Positions 39,750 to 51,039 of a stretch of DNA of 64,000 bases are shown piece after piece. The stretch covers positions 3,918 to 67,917 of the forward strand of contig JAAPAO010000126.1 in the NCBI GenBank assembly GCA_013115145.1. Reading direction: 5' to 3'. The number at the start of each line of letters is the position of its first letter. Within the stretch, counting starts at the first letter, position 1. The translations under genes and the position numbers were made by a program. Below the pieces are notes generated by a model. It did no database searches, had not been told where the DNA came from, and was given only the letters and a program-made list of their open reading frames with translations. The stretch comes from Perkinsus chesapeaki ATCC PRA-425. Its lineage: Eukaryota > Protista > Perkinsozoa.

Positions 39750-40857
39750 TGTATACTGTCATCGTTGCTTTATTTTCAAGGCTCTTTCAGGGAAGTTGAG
39801 TTGCTCGTTTCTGGAGGTCTCGGTTCTCAGTATGCTTTGGAGTGGCTTCTTGCGAGAGGTCGCTGATGATGTCCGTGGCTTTGCCAGCCAGCTTCATCGA
39901 GATGTCTGCGGTGATCTAGACTACTATGGTGAAACGCCAAGTACTGATGACGCCTCAACCGACTCGGAAAGCCTAGAAGGGGACTGCATTTGGGAGGGGA
40001 TGTAGTATAAAGTAGAGGCATAGGGAAGGGTAATTTTGCCTTCTGGATAGGCCGTTCGGTGCTATCAATACAGTTGACGTATTGACGTGTCGATCAGAGG
40101 CTAAGTCAGGCTGTGTCCCCAAATGGAGGTACATGCAGCATAATGAAGAAGAGGAATTGACCGATTCGGAAGGGAGCAGCAGGTGGCGGCGGGGGCAAGC
40201 TTGTCCCAATTGTGTGCTCGTATCTTTTGTTAACAGGTCTACCTCTTTCGCGTCGTCCTGTAGAGCTGAAGCTACTGTGCAGACCGACGCTGGGTACGTG
40301 GAGGAGCTTGAGGAGACAGTAGCCGCCTTGGAAGTATCAGTTAGCTGGGCGGTTAGAGTAGGATAGTGAGCCTCAGGCGCAGATAGACGAACTAAGAAGG
40401 ATGCTCGGCGCCGGTAGTAACCAGGATGTGTTGCTAGGCGGCAGTGAGCAGCAGCCTCCTATACCCCTACTACCGATGTCCAACTCAATAAATGCCAATA
40501 GGGACGACCACCGCCATGATTCGCCTCGATCAAGTGTAATATGGCAGAGGGAGGCTTGTAGGAGATATACGCAAGGCCAATACGGTGGGATTATAGTAGG
40601 GTAAATTCACAGTGCGGGTAGTAGAAGTGATGGCTGTTGGGGGAAAGGAGAGAATATCTTTGGCGCTCTCAGTAAAATGGAATCTTAGACACCATTCAAG
40701 GTCTGAAGTGCGGTGTAAACTTATTAAGAATGAAACTCTAATGATGATTAGGTTTATGTAGGTACTGGGGAGCGGTAGCATACCAACAACCGAGAGCTTC
40801 ATAATATACTCCTCAGAGGACTTAGAGGGTTACTCCGACTTCGAGGACAACTCCTGA
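39750..40857 (+). CDS. Hypothetical protein with acidic stretches and a short coiled coil, multi-exon
   Basis: Consecutive exon-like frames EVADDVRGFASQLHRDVCG.., YVEELEETVAALE, QIDELRRML, ending SEDLEGYSDFEDNS*. Confidence 0.45.
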
Positions 40858-41005
40858 CAAGTTCATTTTGACAAGTGGAAATATCGGCATCTTTATTGGT
40901 GATTATTAACTCATATCAACTAGTGATTTAACCTCGCTTACCCGCTGAGCTTTGGGTTCTCGAGGAGTAGATGTCGACCTGTTAGCAGCTTGGCTTAGCT
41001 TTATT

Positions 41006-42631
41006 ATGACTGTCCCTCCACAGAAACTATCAACGCCAGAACCGACTAAGGTTATTAGTAGACAGGCACTCCGGAGCAAGTACAGGGAGATCAAGGCTTC
41101 AATCGATCAGACGATCGATTTGATACCGGCTCATCAGTATCTTCAAACAGTGACCTTCGGGGACTCTCCCCTGACTGTCCAGGAGGCAGGCTACCACAAT
41201 AGGCAGCTGGACCCTCGAGGGGTTAAAGGCACGTCCAAGGTGCTAGAGGAGGTGCTGAGTAAACGGAAAGCGGAACAGAGCAAAAGCGCGTCTAAGAAGA
41301 ACCCCGCGGCGGCGAAAAAGAAGAAGGCTAGTAATAATGGAGAGTGCCTCTGGTGGGTATGGCGGCAATGTGCTCAGAGGCGTCCCGTCCGGTGTCTGGA
41401 GCTGAGCTTCGGGAGAAGCTGCATGCTAAGATAGAAGCAATGAGGTGAGGGAAAGGGTATGCAGTGGGGGAATTGGAGACATTTTAGGGAAGCTAGAGAG
41501 ACCCAGAAAGAATGGAAAAAAGCTGCTAAGGAGAACGAGGAGGTAGTAATAAGGAGGAAGGGCTAGGAGAATGTTTGCCGTCATGTTGCTCCGAGAGGTC
41601 AGGGGCCGATTCACGGTGTGATTTAGCCTACTTGACGGACGTGTTTGGACTCACTTTGTGTCCAAACTCGAACTTGACTCAATTCTCCACACTTTGAAGA
41701 GTTACCCTTTCGGATTATAAGGATCGTCTACCAGAAATGTTTGAATGGTTTAAGTAGCACTATACTGTATAGTGATAACTGTACAACACCGATGCCTCAA
41801 CAGCAGTGCGAATGCTAGCTGTTGTTATCTATCCGAAATAGGACAGAATACGATGAATGATTGTATTTGATCAGAACGCAGTAGATGCCGGTGAGGCAAA
41901 GAGGCTCCGAAGGGCCAAGGAGAAGGCAGCAGCAGCTGAGAGAAGAAAGAAGGGGAAGAATGGTGGTAGAAAGAAGGGGGAAATGAAGGCAGCGGTGGCG
42001 GCTAAGAGGAAGGAGAGGGAGGCTGCTGCTGCCGCCGATGTAGAGGAGCAGGCTGCTACTGTCAAGGAGGATCTAGACTTCAGCTCCTTCAACTTTAAGA
42101 AGAGGGCAGCTGATGGTAATCGGAAGGGCGTGGGTTCGATCCTTGGCGATGGCATTCTTAGTGGAAGAGTATAAGGAGAAGAAGGTGTCTAAGCGACAGA
42201 GATTGGATAAGGAGATACAACAGGCCGAGAAGGAACAGCAGCAAATAGCTCAGGCGGCCACCGCTGAGGAGAGGGTTAAACTAAGCCAAGATAAGGCCAT
42301 AGAGAGGGTAGGTGTATGGGGGAGGGGGGTTGAACGTACGAGGAAATTTGGTATAGGCAATGAAGAGAGCAGCGGGAGAAAAGGTCCATGATGATGTACA
42401 TAAACTGAGGAAGGCACAAAAGACTATTGATAAAAAGAAGAACAAGTCTAGGGAGGAATGGTAGGAATATTAAATAGTAGATGGAATGAAGTATTGGTGT
42501 GTAGGGCTGCCCGCACTAGGGAAGTTAAGGATAAGCAAGCAGCTGAACAGGCTAAGCGAAAGGAAAACATACAGAAATACCGAGGAAAGAACGCACGGAA
42601 GTCTCTGGCGGAGAAGTCTAATGAAGCTTGA
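41006..42631 (+). CDS. SURF6: Surfeit locus protein 6 / Rrp14 (ribosome biogenesis)
   Basis: LREKLHAKIEAMR; basic C-terminus AAGEKVHDDVHKLRKAQKTIDKKKNKSREEW..QAKRKENI. Confidence 0.85.
42116..42161 (+). other. SURF6 intron consisting largely of a tRNA 3'-end-like sequence
   Basis: 46-nt intron gtaatcggaagggcgtgGGTTCGATCCttggcgatggcAttcttag; removal restores AADVEEYKEKK. Confidence 0.6.
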
Positions 42632-42852
42632 TACCAACTGATACACATCTCCTATTAACAACAATAGCTGATGCGTTGAGGGGAGGATGATGGCTCCGTC
42701 TATTACTCCGGTCGTTACCACCGTCTTTGAGTCTGATATTGTCAGATCTTCCGCGCGAAATTCCAGAGTTAGGGCCGAGGTCTATCGAGACTTCGCGAAA
42801 TCGATGGGGCATACGGGTGTAGCTAGAGGTGTCAGAATTTTACGTCCTATCA

Positions 42853-43340
42853 ATGTCTGGAGTATTGTTTTGTCCCACCTGCGGGAATTTACTAGTCTTA
42901 CAAGCTGGCCATGATACGATGAAGTAAAGCCACTGGTGACGCTGCTACGCTTACGAACGGTCCCGTAGGTACTGGTGTCGGACATGCCCTTATCTCTTTC
43001 CTATATCAGAGAAATTAACCCAAAAAGAAATACTCCACAAGGAAGGTACGGGTCGCAGGTTCGATCCCTGGTGAGGGCATTTTTCTCATTTCAGGTGGCC
43101 CTGTAGTGGAGGACGTTCTCGGCGGCCCTGACGCCTGGAAGGATGTCCAGCAAACCGAAGGTAACTCTCCCTGTTATTTTCAGCTATTATCACTGAGTCT
43201 CCTATTTAGCGGTGTGTCCGGCTGATGGATGTGATTCTAATAGAGCATACTTCAAACAGATGCAGATAAGAAGCGCCGATGAACCAATGACAACCTTCTA
43301 TCGATGCGTTAAATGTGGGAACATATGGCGCGGCGACTAA
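42853..43340 (+). CDS. RPC11: RNA polymerase III subunit RPC11 (C11/POLR3K), 4 exons
   Basis: MSGVLFCPTCGNLL..YWCRTCPY..VEDVLGGPDAWKDVQQTEAVCP..RAYFKQMQIRSADEPMTTFYRCVKCGNIWRGD*. Confidence 0.95.
43046..43094 (+). other. RPC11 intron 2, consisting of a tRNA 3' end plus T-run
   Basis: 49-nt intron gtacgggtcgcaGGTTCGATCCctggtgagggcAtttttctcatttcag. Confidence 0.7.
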
Positions 43341-43469
43341 CGTTTCTACTACTGTGGCTGTGTTGAGTGGTATCCCAGAGCTAGTTGAATCTTGCAATCT
43401 TGCATTTCCTCAACGATACTGTGATATGTGCCTTTTGCTAGTTAATATTTGTTGTTGTTATTATTTATA

Positions 43470-44159
43470 ATGAGTAGTTATCCATTAGAGTTGTCTGCAC
43501 AGGAGCAGGCCAAGGCCGATGGTGCCATGTGTGGCTCGGAGACCTATCACAAGGTTGTTGATTCAGAAGCATATGCCAAGACCAAGCAGGCTGCTGGCTA
43601 TGTCTGGGACAAGACCTGTCAGGGTTATGATTACCTGCTTACTAAGTCTGAAGAAGGCCTTGATCTGGATAGGGACGGCAAGTCCCAGCTGGGCAGGAGC
43701 TGGTCGGTGCTAAGTACAGCTACCGGTATAGTTTGGAGGAATACTCCACGTTATGTGAGGGAAGCTAGAGATATGGTACAGAAGACATGTGTTAGTAATA
43801 GCACTGATAAGGATGCTAATACGGAGCTTACCGGCAGCAGTGAAGCAGCGGAAGAGGCTCAGAAGGTGCCCATTGTGGATGACATCGAGAAGACCGGCAA
43901 TGTTACTGAGGTTACCGAGGCTCCTGCTAAACCTGTTGGTCTTATTAGGGAGAATGACACCAAGCCGGTGGGGCTTGTACAGGAAAACAGCAGAGTTGAT
44001 CCAGTTAAGGCTCATAATAGTGCTAGTGTACCACCAACACTACCGGGTGTCAACAAGAAGGTCGCTGATAACCGGAAGTCCTATGGTTCCAGCTCGGTCC
44101 CTACCAGTCGAGCTCCACCTACAGCTGCTGCCTACAAGTCCTCAGTGAGGGGACATTAA
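43470..44159 (+). CDS. Hypothetical protein, intronless, paralog 1
   Basis: Long ORF; N-terminal about 65 aa shared with 44351-44716 (KVVDSEA..WxKxCxGYDYLLTKSEEGL..SQLGRxW). Confidence 0.75.
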   Translation: MSSYPLELSAQEQAKADGAMCGSETYHKVVDSEAYAKTKQAAGYVWDKTCQGYDYLLTKSEEGLDLDRDGKSQLGRSWSVLSTATGIVWRNTPRYVREARDMVQKTCVSNSTDKDANTELTGSSEAAEEAQKVPIVDDIEKTGNVTEVTEAPAKPVGLIRENDTKPVGLVQENSRVDPVKAHNSASVPPTLPGVNKKVADNRKSYGSSSVPTSRAPPTAAAYKSSVRGH

Positions 44160-44350
44160 GCCTTAAGCATTGGTAAGTCTCTTGGATGAGATTGAACACT
44201 TGAAGGCTATTCCGTCTCCTCTTATTTGTGATTTGTATTTTACCAAGGCAATTTACACTTAAATCAGTTTCTTCGTTTACAACGGCTGTTGCGTCCCCCC
44301 AGTTGCCATCTCACGACGGCTTCGGCAGGTGTTAAAGATTTGTCAAAGTT

Positions 44351-44716
44351 ATGTCAGCTGTTGATCGGTCTATCTGTAATACCGATTTTCTGGATAAGGT
44401 CGTAGATTCGGAGGCCTTTGCGGTATGCAAACAAGTGGCCGGTTGTGTCTGGCAAAAGTCCTGTGAAGGGTACGATTACCTCCTTACCAAGTCCGAGGAG
44501 GGTCTGTCACTCCAACGTGGAGATAGGTCCCAGCTGGGTAGGACCTGGAACGTTACTAGTACAGCGACCTGTGCGGCTTATAATGGTACTAAGGATTTCG
44601 TCGAGGAGCACTTTACACCGGAACGGAGGGAGAAGGCCTACGCAGCACTAGACTCCGCAGGAAAGGCCGCTGGAGCTGCTGCAGGGGCTGCTTATAAGTC
44701 TTTGAGCAAGGATTAG
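44351..44716 (+). CDS. Hypothetical protein, intronless, paralog 2
   Basis: 121-aa ORF; differences from paralog 1 in the shared domain fall mostly at synonymous sites. Confidence 0.75.
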   Translation: MSAVDRSICNTDFLDKVVDSEAFAVCKQVAGCVWQKSCEGYDYLLTKSEEGLSLQRGDRSQLGRTWNVTSTATCAAYNGTKDFVEEHFTPERREKAYAALDSAGKAAGAAAGAAYKSLSKD

Positions 44717-45009
44717 GTGGCCCGTTGACGTTAGGGTAGTAATAGTAATAGAGTCTATAATTTGGCCAGGAAGAGCCGCCTTCTAATGCTGCTAACTAGG
44801 AGTAATTTCTGTACCACAGTTGTGTAGTGTTGTGAGTCTGTAGAGGTCCGTTTCCGGGCGTGGAAGGACTTTGCTGTTTTGAATGGATAAAAGCCGTTCT
44901 CGGTTAGTAGGGGGAGCAGCGGTGGTGCTGCTCTCGGGGGCAATAGGGCTGGCTTACCTCGTTAAAGAGCGTAAACGATATAATAAGGTAGGGCTGGTCT
45001 CTAGGTGAG

Positions 45010-46943
45010 GTATGCACAATCCCTTCAGTCATCATCACCAATCGCAGTAGCAATAGTTGGGGACAGTTTTTGTGACGTGATATGTAGACTGGAGAAGGAT
45101 GATCTACCACAATGGGGGGAGGATGTACTATACCGGGAGACGGCGTGGCTTCGGGAGGAGCTTGTACGGCTTTAGAGGTTGGCCAAGTCGGTGGATAGAC
45201 TAGCGGGAGGGTCGGCTCTCAACTGCGCGGTGTGGCTGCGGTACTGCAATCCTGCGGCCACAGTGAGCATTGTTAAAACCTTCGATGACGGGGATTTCGC
45301 GGGTAATAGTAAACGGTGTGCGGAAAGCCATGTTCCTGGTTATTAGGGCAAGTCTTGAAAGCCAGGTTGAACGAGAGTAGGGTGAAGGTGAGACAGGGGG
45401 ATAGGAGATCTAGCTCATACCACTCCTTCCCCAGATCCTACCATTAAGAGGCATCCAGCAGCAATATGACAGCGGAGTGTGTGTATGCTTGTCCGGTACT
45501 GAGGACCGTGCCTTCGTATCAAAGCGTAATAGTATGTTAAAAGGCTTAAGAGGAGCTGGTGAGGTCAGGCGGTACCATAGGAAAGATGAAGTCCAGCGAT
45601 ATAGACATCGACGCCTTCTTTGAGAGCATGTCACATGATGGTAACAACGCAAGCTCTACTCTGGCTTACAGAGTGTTCAGATACACCTATACGACATCTC
45701 CATTTGGCTGGTTATTACAATTGTGAGGGCCTTTGGGAGGGTGCAGTGGACCTTGTCAGTAGGGCCAAAGCGTAAGGTTAGGGTTGGTGGATCTAGGGTT
45801 TAGTCATCTTGCTCCGCAAAAACCTGCCCCTCAAAGATAAGAAACCGGCACAGAGTGTGCTCTTCGGGCAAATGAATTCTTCTTCTTCTTTTCTGAAAAT
45901 ATCTGTCGGCGCACGATGTCTCTCTGAGTTGGGTGATTATTATTGAGAGGCTAGGCTTTCGTACTGGGTGTGGGTCATTGAGGACCTAGGCATTATAGGA
46001 ACCCATCAGGCATGAATGGACTCCTATCCTTCATAGTTATACCGAGAATGCCACCATCATTCTTGCTCCCATGTTTAGGGGTGCTTCATCACTGTGTGCT
46101 CCATACGGGCAAGTTGCTCGGCTACTATCCACGTAGTGCCTTTAAGTTATATTTCTCGCCATCCTCGTTATTTATGATATATCAGTCTAGAGTGCCTCTT
46201 GTGGCGTGGAGCAGTTGAAGCACTTTCGGACGTTCCTCCTCCTTCAGGGCCAGCTGCACTGTATCCCTGTCACCTCAGTTCGATGCCACTGGTCAGTGGG
46301 ATGGTAACATAGGAGAACTCCTCGGCTTGATTGACCTGTTCATCTGCAATAACGAAGAGGCTTCCCACATCGCTAAGGCCTTGGGGGCCACCAAAGGAGG
46401 CAGAATCCACGTGCTGGTTACGTGCCTATCATAGCCTAGTCAGATTACGCCCCAGAAATCCTCCCATCGAGCAAGGAGGGTGTCGACGTGAAGGCGGAGA
46501 GAGACGCGAGCCACATCCTGTATCATGGGTTAGCATGCTGCTCTCATCCTAATAAGAGTAACACCCTTGCACTATGGAGAAGCTATAGAGGTTGTTCCGA
46601 CTGTAGATCTACAAGTTGTTGTCACTTTGTCTGAGAAAGGAGCCTTTGTGGTGTCGACTAGAGGGCTACACTACTGTTCAGCGGAGAAGGTAAGCCGGAA
46701 AACGGTATCGGGAGGACTAACGTCGCTTCGTCTCCCTCAGGTTGAGCTGGTCGATGCCTGTGGTGCTGGTGATGCTTTTACAGCCGCCTTTATAAATTCC
46801 TGGTTGAGTGACCGTTCCGATGAGTCCTCAGCTCTCCAGGCTGGCTGCCATGCCGGTAGGCTCTCACTAGATTTGGGGCTTCTCATGGTGGTCCTTCAGG
46901 TGCATTGGCAGTCGGAGTAGCTGGCGGATCTGTGACGCCGTGA
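45010..46943 (+). CDS. PfkB/ribokinase-family carbohydrate kinase, multi-exon (start approximate)
   Basis: VAIVGDSFCDVIC..LPQWGED; GGSALNCAVWL; EDRAFVS; HLHLAGYY; IDLFICNNEEA; DACGAGDAF (PfkB signature 2). Confidence 0.88.
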
Positions 46944-47084
46944 CGCGGCTAGCATTAGCTCTGTTAATCATATGTTACGATTCGCATCCTGTTCCTGTTG
47001 GGGTTGTTGATTAAATCTTGCGAGTGCGTTGCGATCGATGTGGAGGTCATGGGTTGTTGACAGCGTTTCGTTCTCGCAAAACTA

Positions 47085-47576
47085 CTATGGGCAATTTCTG
47101 CGATCGACCCACGGTAGCTAGCCCGGCCAATGACATCCTTACCGAGGAGGAGCACCGTTATATCTTCGAAAAGGGTAGGAGGGGAAAAGATTCCTCTGAG
47201 AACCTTCACAGTGCGCACCCTGTTCAGAGATGCAAGTTCAAGCGGCTAAGGCGATGCAGGAGGGAGGAGTCAAAGAGCTGCACTGTGGGGCTTGCGGGAA
47301 CACCTTCGTATCTATGTAGTTGTATCCAGTCGTGGGAAGGTCGCAGGTTCGATCCTCAGGTCCGGTACGTCTTTCTTCTGTCCTGTCTGCCGCCAGCAGC
47401 AACAATTCCAATCGCCCTTTTCAAGTGACCTGGCCACGAGCACGAGTGACTACATCATCGTCACGCAACAGTCGCCACAGTACCAACAACAGCACACTCA
47501 ACCGCAGCTGCTGAAACCTGGGCAAGAGGTCACCGTCACAAACAGCCCCCCTGTTCCGGGCTATTATGTCTCTTAG
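47085..47576 (+). CDS. Small Zn-ribbon protein with possible N-myristoylation (MG start), multi-exon
   Basis: MGNFCDRP..LHCGACGNTF..FFCPVCRQ (two CxxC) and Q/P-rich tail ending PGYYVS*. Confidence 0.6.
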
Positions 47577-47726
47577 TAATTTTTGAGTAGTTCCTCTTAG
47601 CATGGCAGTTATTATCGTTTAAAAAAGAGAATACAGTTAGTGTTGAGTTTATAAGTGGAGGGTGCGCCACGACACAAAAACTGTCCCCGAAGGGCCAAGA
47701 CGAACGAAGGGTTGTTGAGTGTGCCG

Positions 47727-50269
47727 ATGATCTGTCGTCTGAGGGCGCTGCATCCGTCAGCCAGCCGAGCATTGCTTTCACCTATACAACCGACAGGACC
47801 GATCTCATCGAACTTAATGTCTAATAAGCGGGTATTCAAAACAGTATTGAAGTCGCAGCAGTTGCCACAACAGACGGGCGATAGAGCAGCCGACTTGCCG
47901 TCTGATAGTGGGGAACAGTCGAATGCTCCCGAGGAGGCTCCTATAGCCAAGCGGAGACCCTCTGCGGAGAAGACAGGTGAAACCTGCTTGAAGGGGGAGT
48001 CGCGTGATGGTTGAATTGTAGATGACTTTGTTTCCGCTGCGGACCAGCTAACTGAAGAGCGATCAGCGATCTCTGAAGTAGAGGAAGCACCGGGGAAGTC
48101 GGGCGGTAAAGAAGGCCAACGGCCGATGCTGACTCACTTCGTTGCCGTACGTGCCGGGCTGGCTGGCTGGCTGTCTGAAGGGGGGACGACTGTTGTATCA
48201 GATTCGAGTTACAAACCCGAAGGTGCTGGACTATTGCGAAAGAGTGCAGAAAAGCGTCACTGAAGAGGCCCACGCGATAATGAAGGAGGCTTGTGTGAAG
48301 AGGGAGAAGGTGCATCTTTCGATGGCTGTTATGAGGTATGGAAGCATTACTGCTTGGCTAAGTGAAGGGAGGCAGGTTGGAGAGCAATGAGAGGGAGCAG
48401 GATGCCATCAATGCCATAAAGATCGCCACGAAGGAACTACTTGACGAGAAAAAGGAGATAAGGATTAGGCCAACGGAACTAGGGTGAGAGCTGGAGGCGT
48501 GATAGCGATAACGTTACCATCAGATCGTTCCCAGGCGTTCTTCATTTGAAGATGGATGACGATACGGCAACAGTCTTAAAGAGGTGGCGCAGGTTTCTGT
48601 TATTCCTAGGGATTTTTCGACTTATAGATATTACGAACTATTGTCTACCGAGTTGAGGAAGAGGAACATACAGATGGCCAAGGAGAAAAGTGAGGCTCCT
48701 AGAGCGCTACTGGAACACCGTCCCTTCGCCAGGCTCCGAATTCAAGCCACATGTGACGATCATAAAATCAGCACAGGGAATGAGGAAGGCCAGGGTAGGC
48801 TGACGCTGGGGGCAGTTCAGAGGATCTAAAGAAACTGTCTTCTCAGAAATTCCCGGAGTTGAAAAAGAAGAATAAGGAAGCCAAGGCAGCCTTAAAGATA
48901 CCATCAATTGATGACATCAAGCAGAAGCTGGGCGACGAGGCGGAACTTGTAAGTTGGATAAAGCTCACTGTGTGGGGCAAGGATCTTATTAGGGAGGCGA
49001 CACGGAGCAGAAAGTGGATAAGATTGAGTTATGTTCCATGCTGAGTAAGCCTCCGGCCTCTGTCTCGAACCCGGCGAGCTTTCTTGTTCGTAAACCATTC
49101 ATCCGTTATTAGAGGATAAACAAGCGGACGGCTTCTTCGCGGTCGATTACACTTTACCACTGGATGAGGATATCGAAATAACTGAGGACATGCGGAAGAC
49201 CGTAGCCCCTCCACCTGAGCCGGAAGAGACTAAAGCAAAGAAGGGGAATAAGGCGAATAAAGGTAGGCATCTTGGTGTATTGTGTAAGTGTATTTCTCCA
49301 TAGGAGGCAAAAAGGAGAAGAAGCAGAAAAAAGATACTTCTGATAACGGCCAAGGAGGCAGTTGCCGTCTTGAAGTATGCGTGGAGGGATTGAGAATCCC
49401 ACCGCCACCCTATCAGGTGCGGGTGACCTCGCCAGACTTCATGACTTTATGCGCGGATCTTCAAGATTTAGCAGTAAAGGAAGCTCCCAAGGAGGTTATG
49501 AGACAGGCGACTCTGAGCAAGGACAAGCTCCGTATAATACTGAATGATATAAAGTGAAACATCTCGCAACACTTATTTGCCAGTTGAAACGTTTTTTAAA
49601 ATAGGATACCATCAGAGAAGGTAGAGGATTGTGTGGCGGCGTTGAAGTCAAGAGCCGATGAATTTTTGAAACAACAGGGACAGTTCAAGTTAGCCGGGGA
49701 AGCTGTCAAGTAGCGGGATTCTTCTCGCTGATGCTAATCATAGATATCATAGGTGCATAGCCAAGGGCGTCACACTGCAGCTCGCCGCTCCTTCATCAGA
49801 AGTTATCAAGGGGTGGGTTACGAACACCGTCGTATTATTCATCTTTATTTCCATCTATCTCTTCCCTAGGTTGCGGTCTGCTCTCGATGATGCTTTGGTT
49901 CAGGAAGGTATCACAATCGATGACAAAGGTGTTCCCCTGGCTGCATTCAGTTCTCCCTTTCAACCCCATCTGTCAGGTGACTTCGAGCCTTCCATCCTAT
50001 TGGTAAGAACTCGAGGTTTGTCCAATAAGCTGGCAAGGCAGACTGAGGAGGTTTTCGCCGATACCGACGAAATCAAGTCGGAGATGGTGAGCTTCCTCTT
50101 GCATCATAGCGAGCCCTGATTAGTACTCAGGCATCCTCCTTTGCCACGAGCCTAGAGCTGCGACTCTTCACTATGATAGGTAGGCTTTCCACTGTCAAGA
50201 GGCCGCGTATTAGCTCATTCAGGTTCGGGTACAGTCCTACTGAGCATTCCTCTATTGTCCACTTCTTAG
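47727..50269 (+). CDS. AKAP7-like 2H phosphoesterase with two tandem domains (second degenerate), multi-exon
   Basis: Domain 1: LTHFVAIRV..KVHLSMAVM..EFKPHVTIIK..IELCSM. Domain 2: KLRIILNDIKIPSEKVEDCVAAL..DFEPSILLVR, lacking both His. Confidence 0.75.
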
Positions 50270-50460
50270 TGATTGATTATCTGTCTTGCTACACAATTGA
50301 TTTTATCAATGACTCCGTTTCCCTTCTTTTCTGTCGAGTTGGTGAGTTTCGATTCCGGATATACTTTCCCGGTTGTTACTAGATAACTCAACGTGAGCAG
50401 ATTATATAGAATATCACCATCATGCGAGTGCACAGTAGAAATGAGAAACTCAGTCTCTAC

Positions 50461-50860
50461 TCATTTAGTGTTCATGGCAAAATCAACATACTCAGGGAAG
50501 GTAACTGAACACCATTCACTCAACAACAGCGAGGCAATGCCACCACCTTACTCAAGCCATCTTGGTCGACATCCACTTCCCGAACCTAAAACAGGCAACT
50601 CGATTGCCATACAGCTTTCAGTCACGTACAAACTCGTGCAGGTCCTCTTCGTGGAGCGTGCCTGTGTAGACACTTCTGATCTCTTGAGCGTCGATGATAC
50701 CTGAGGAGGATACCTTATCAACTTCAAGTGTAGCGGAAGCCTTACCGTCACCGTCTTGGTCGAACTCCTCGAAGTCCCTCTCATAATCTGAATCATAGTC
50801 CAGTGCAGGAATGTGACCGAAGAGCACCATCACAGAGACGACAAGGCGAGCAGACCACAT
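50461..50860 (-). CDS. Small secretory-pathway protein with 2 EF-hands
   Basis: Signal-like MWSARLVVSVMVLFGHIPA; DQDGDG.IIDAQE and DVDQDGLITFPEY. Confidence 0.75.
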
Positions 50861-51039
50861 CAGAAGATGAAATAAAAAGACAAGTCTGAACTCGACGGGG
50901 ATTGACTTAGTGAACTCAAGAGGATGGGAAGAATGCCAAGACCCAGCAAAAACACATTTATAGAGAAGCAATAGCATAAGTAGTGTACGGACAGTCGTCA
51001 ACCATCTCCACTAGCAGCAGCAACAACAACGATAAATAC

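Noticed and set aside
42986-43079. Complete intron-containing tRNA (GCCCTTA pairing with TGAGGGC)
   Set aside because: The 5' heptamer is RPC11 coding sequence (CPY); no A-box, D-arm or anticodon arm between
44755-45652. Minus-strand ORFs as a separate gene
   Set aside because: They are antisense shadows of the PfkB kinase exons on the plus strand
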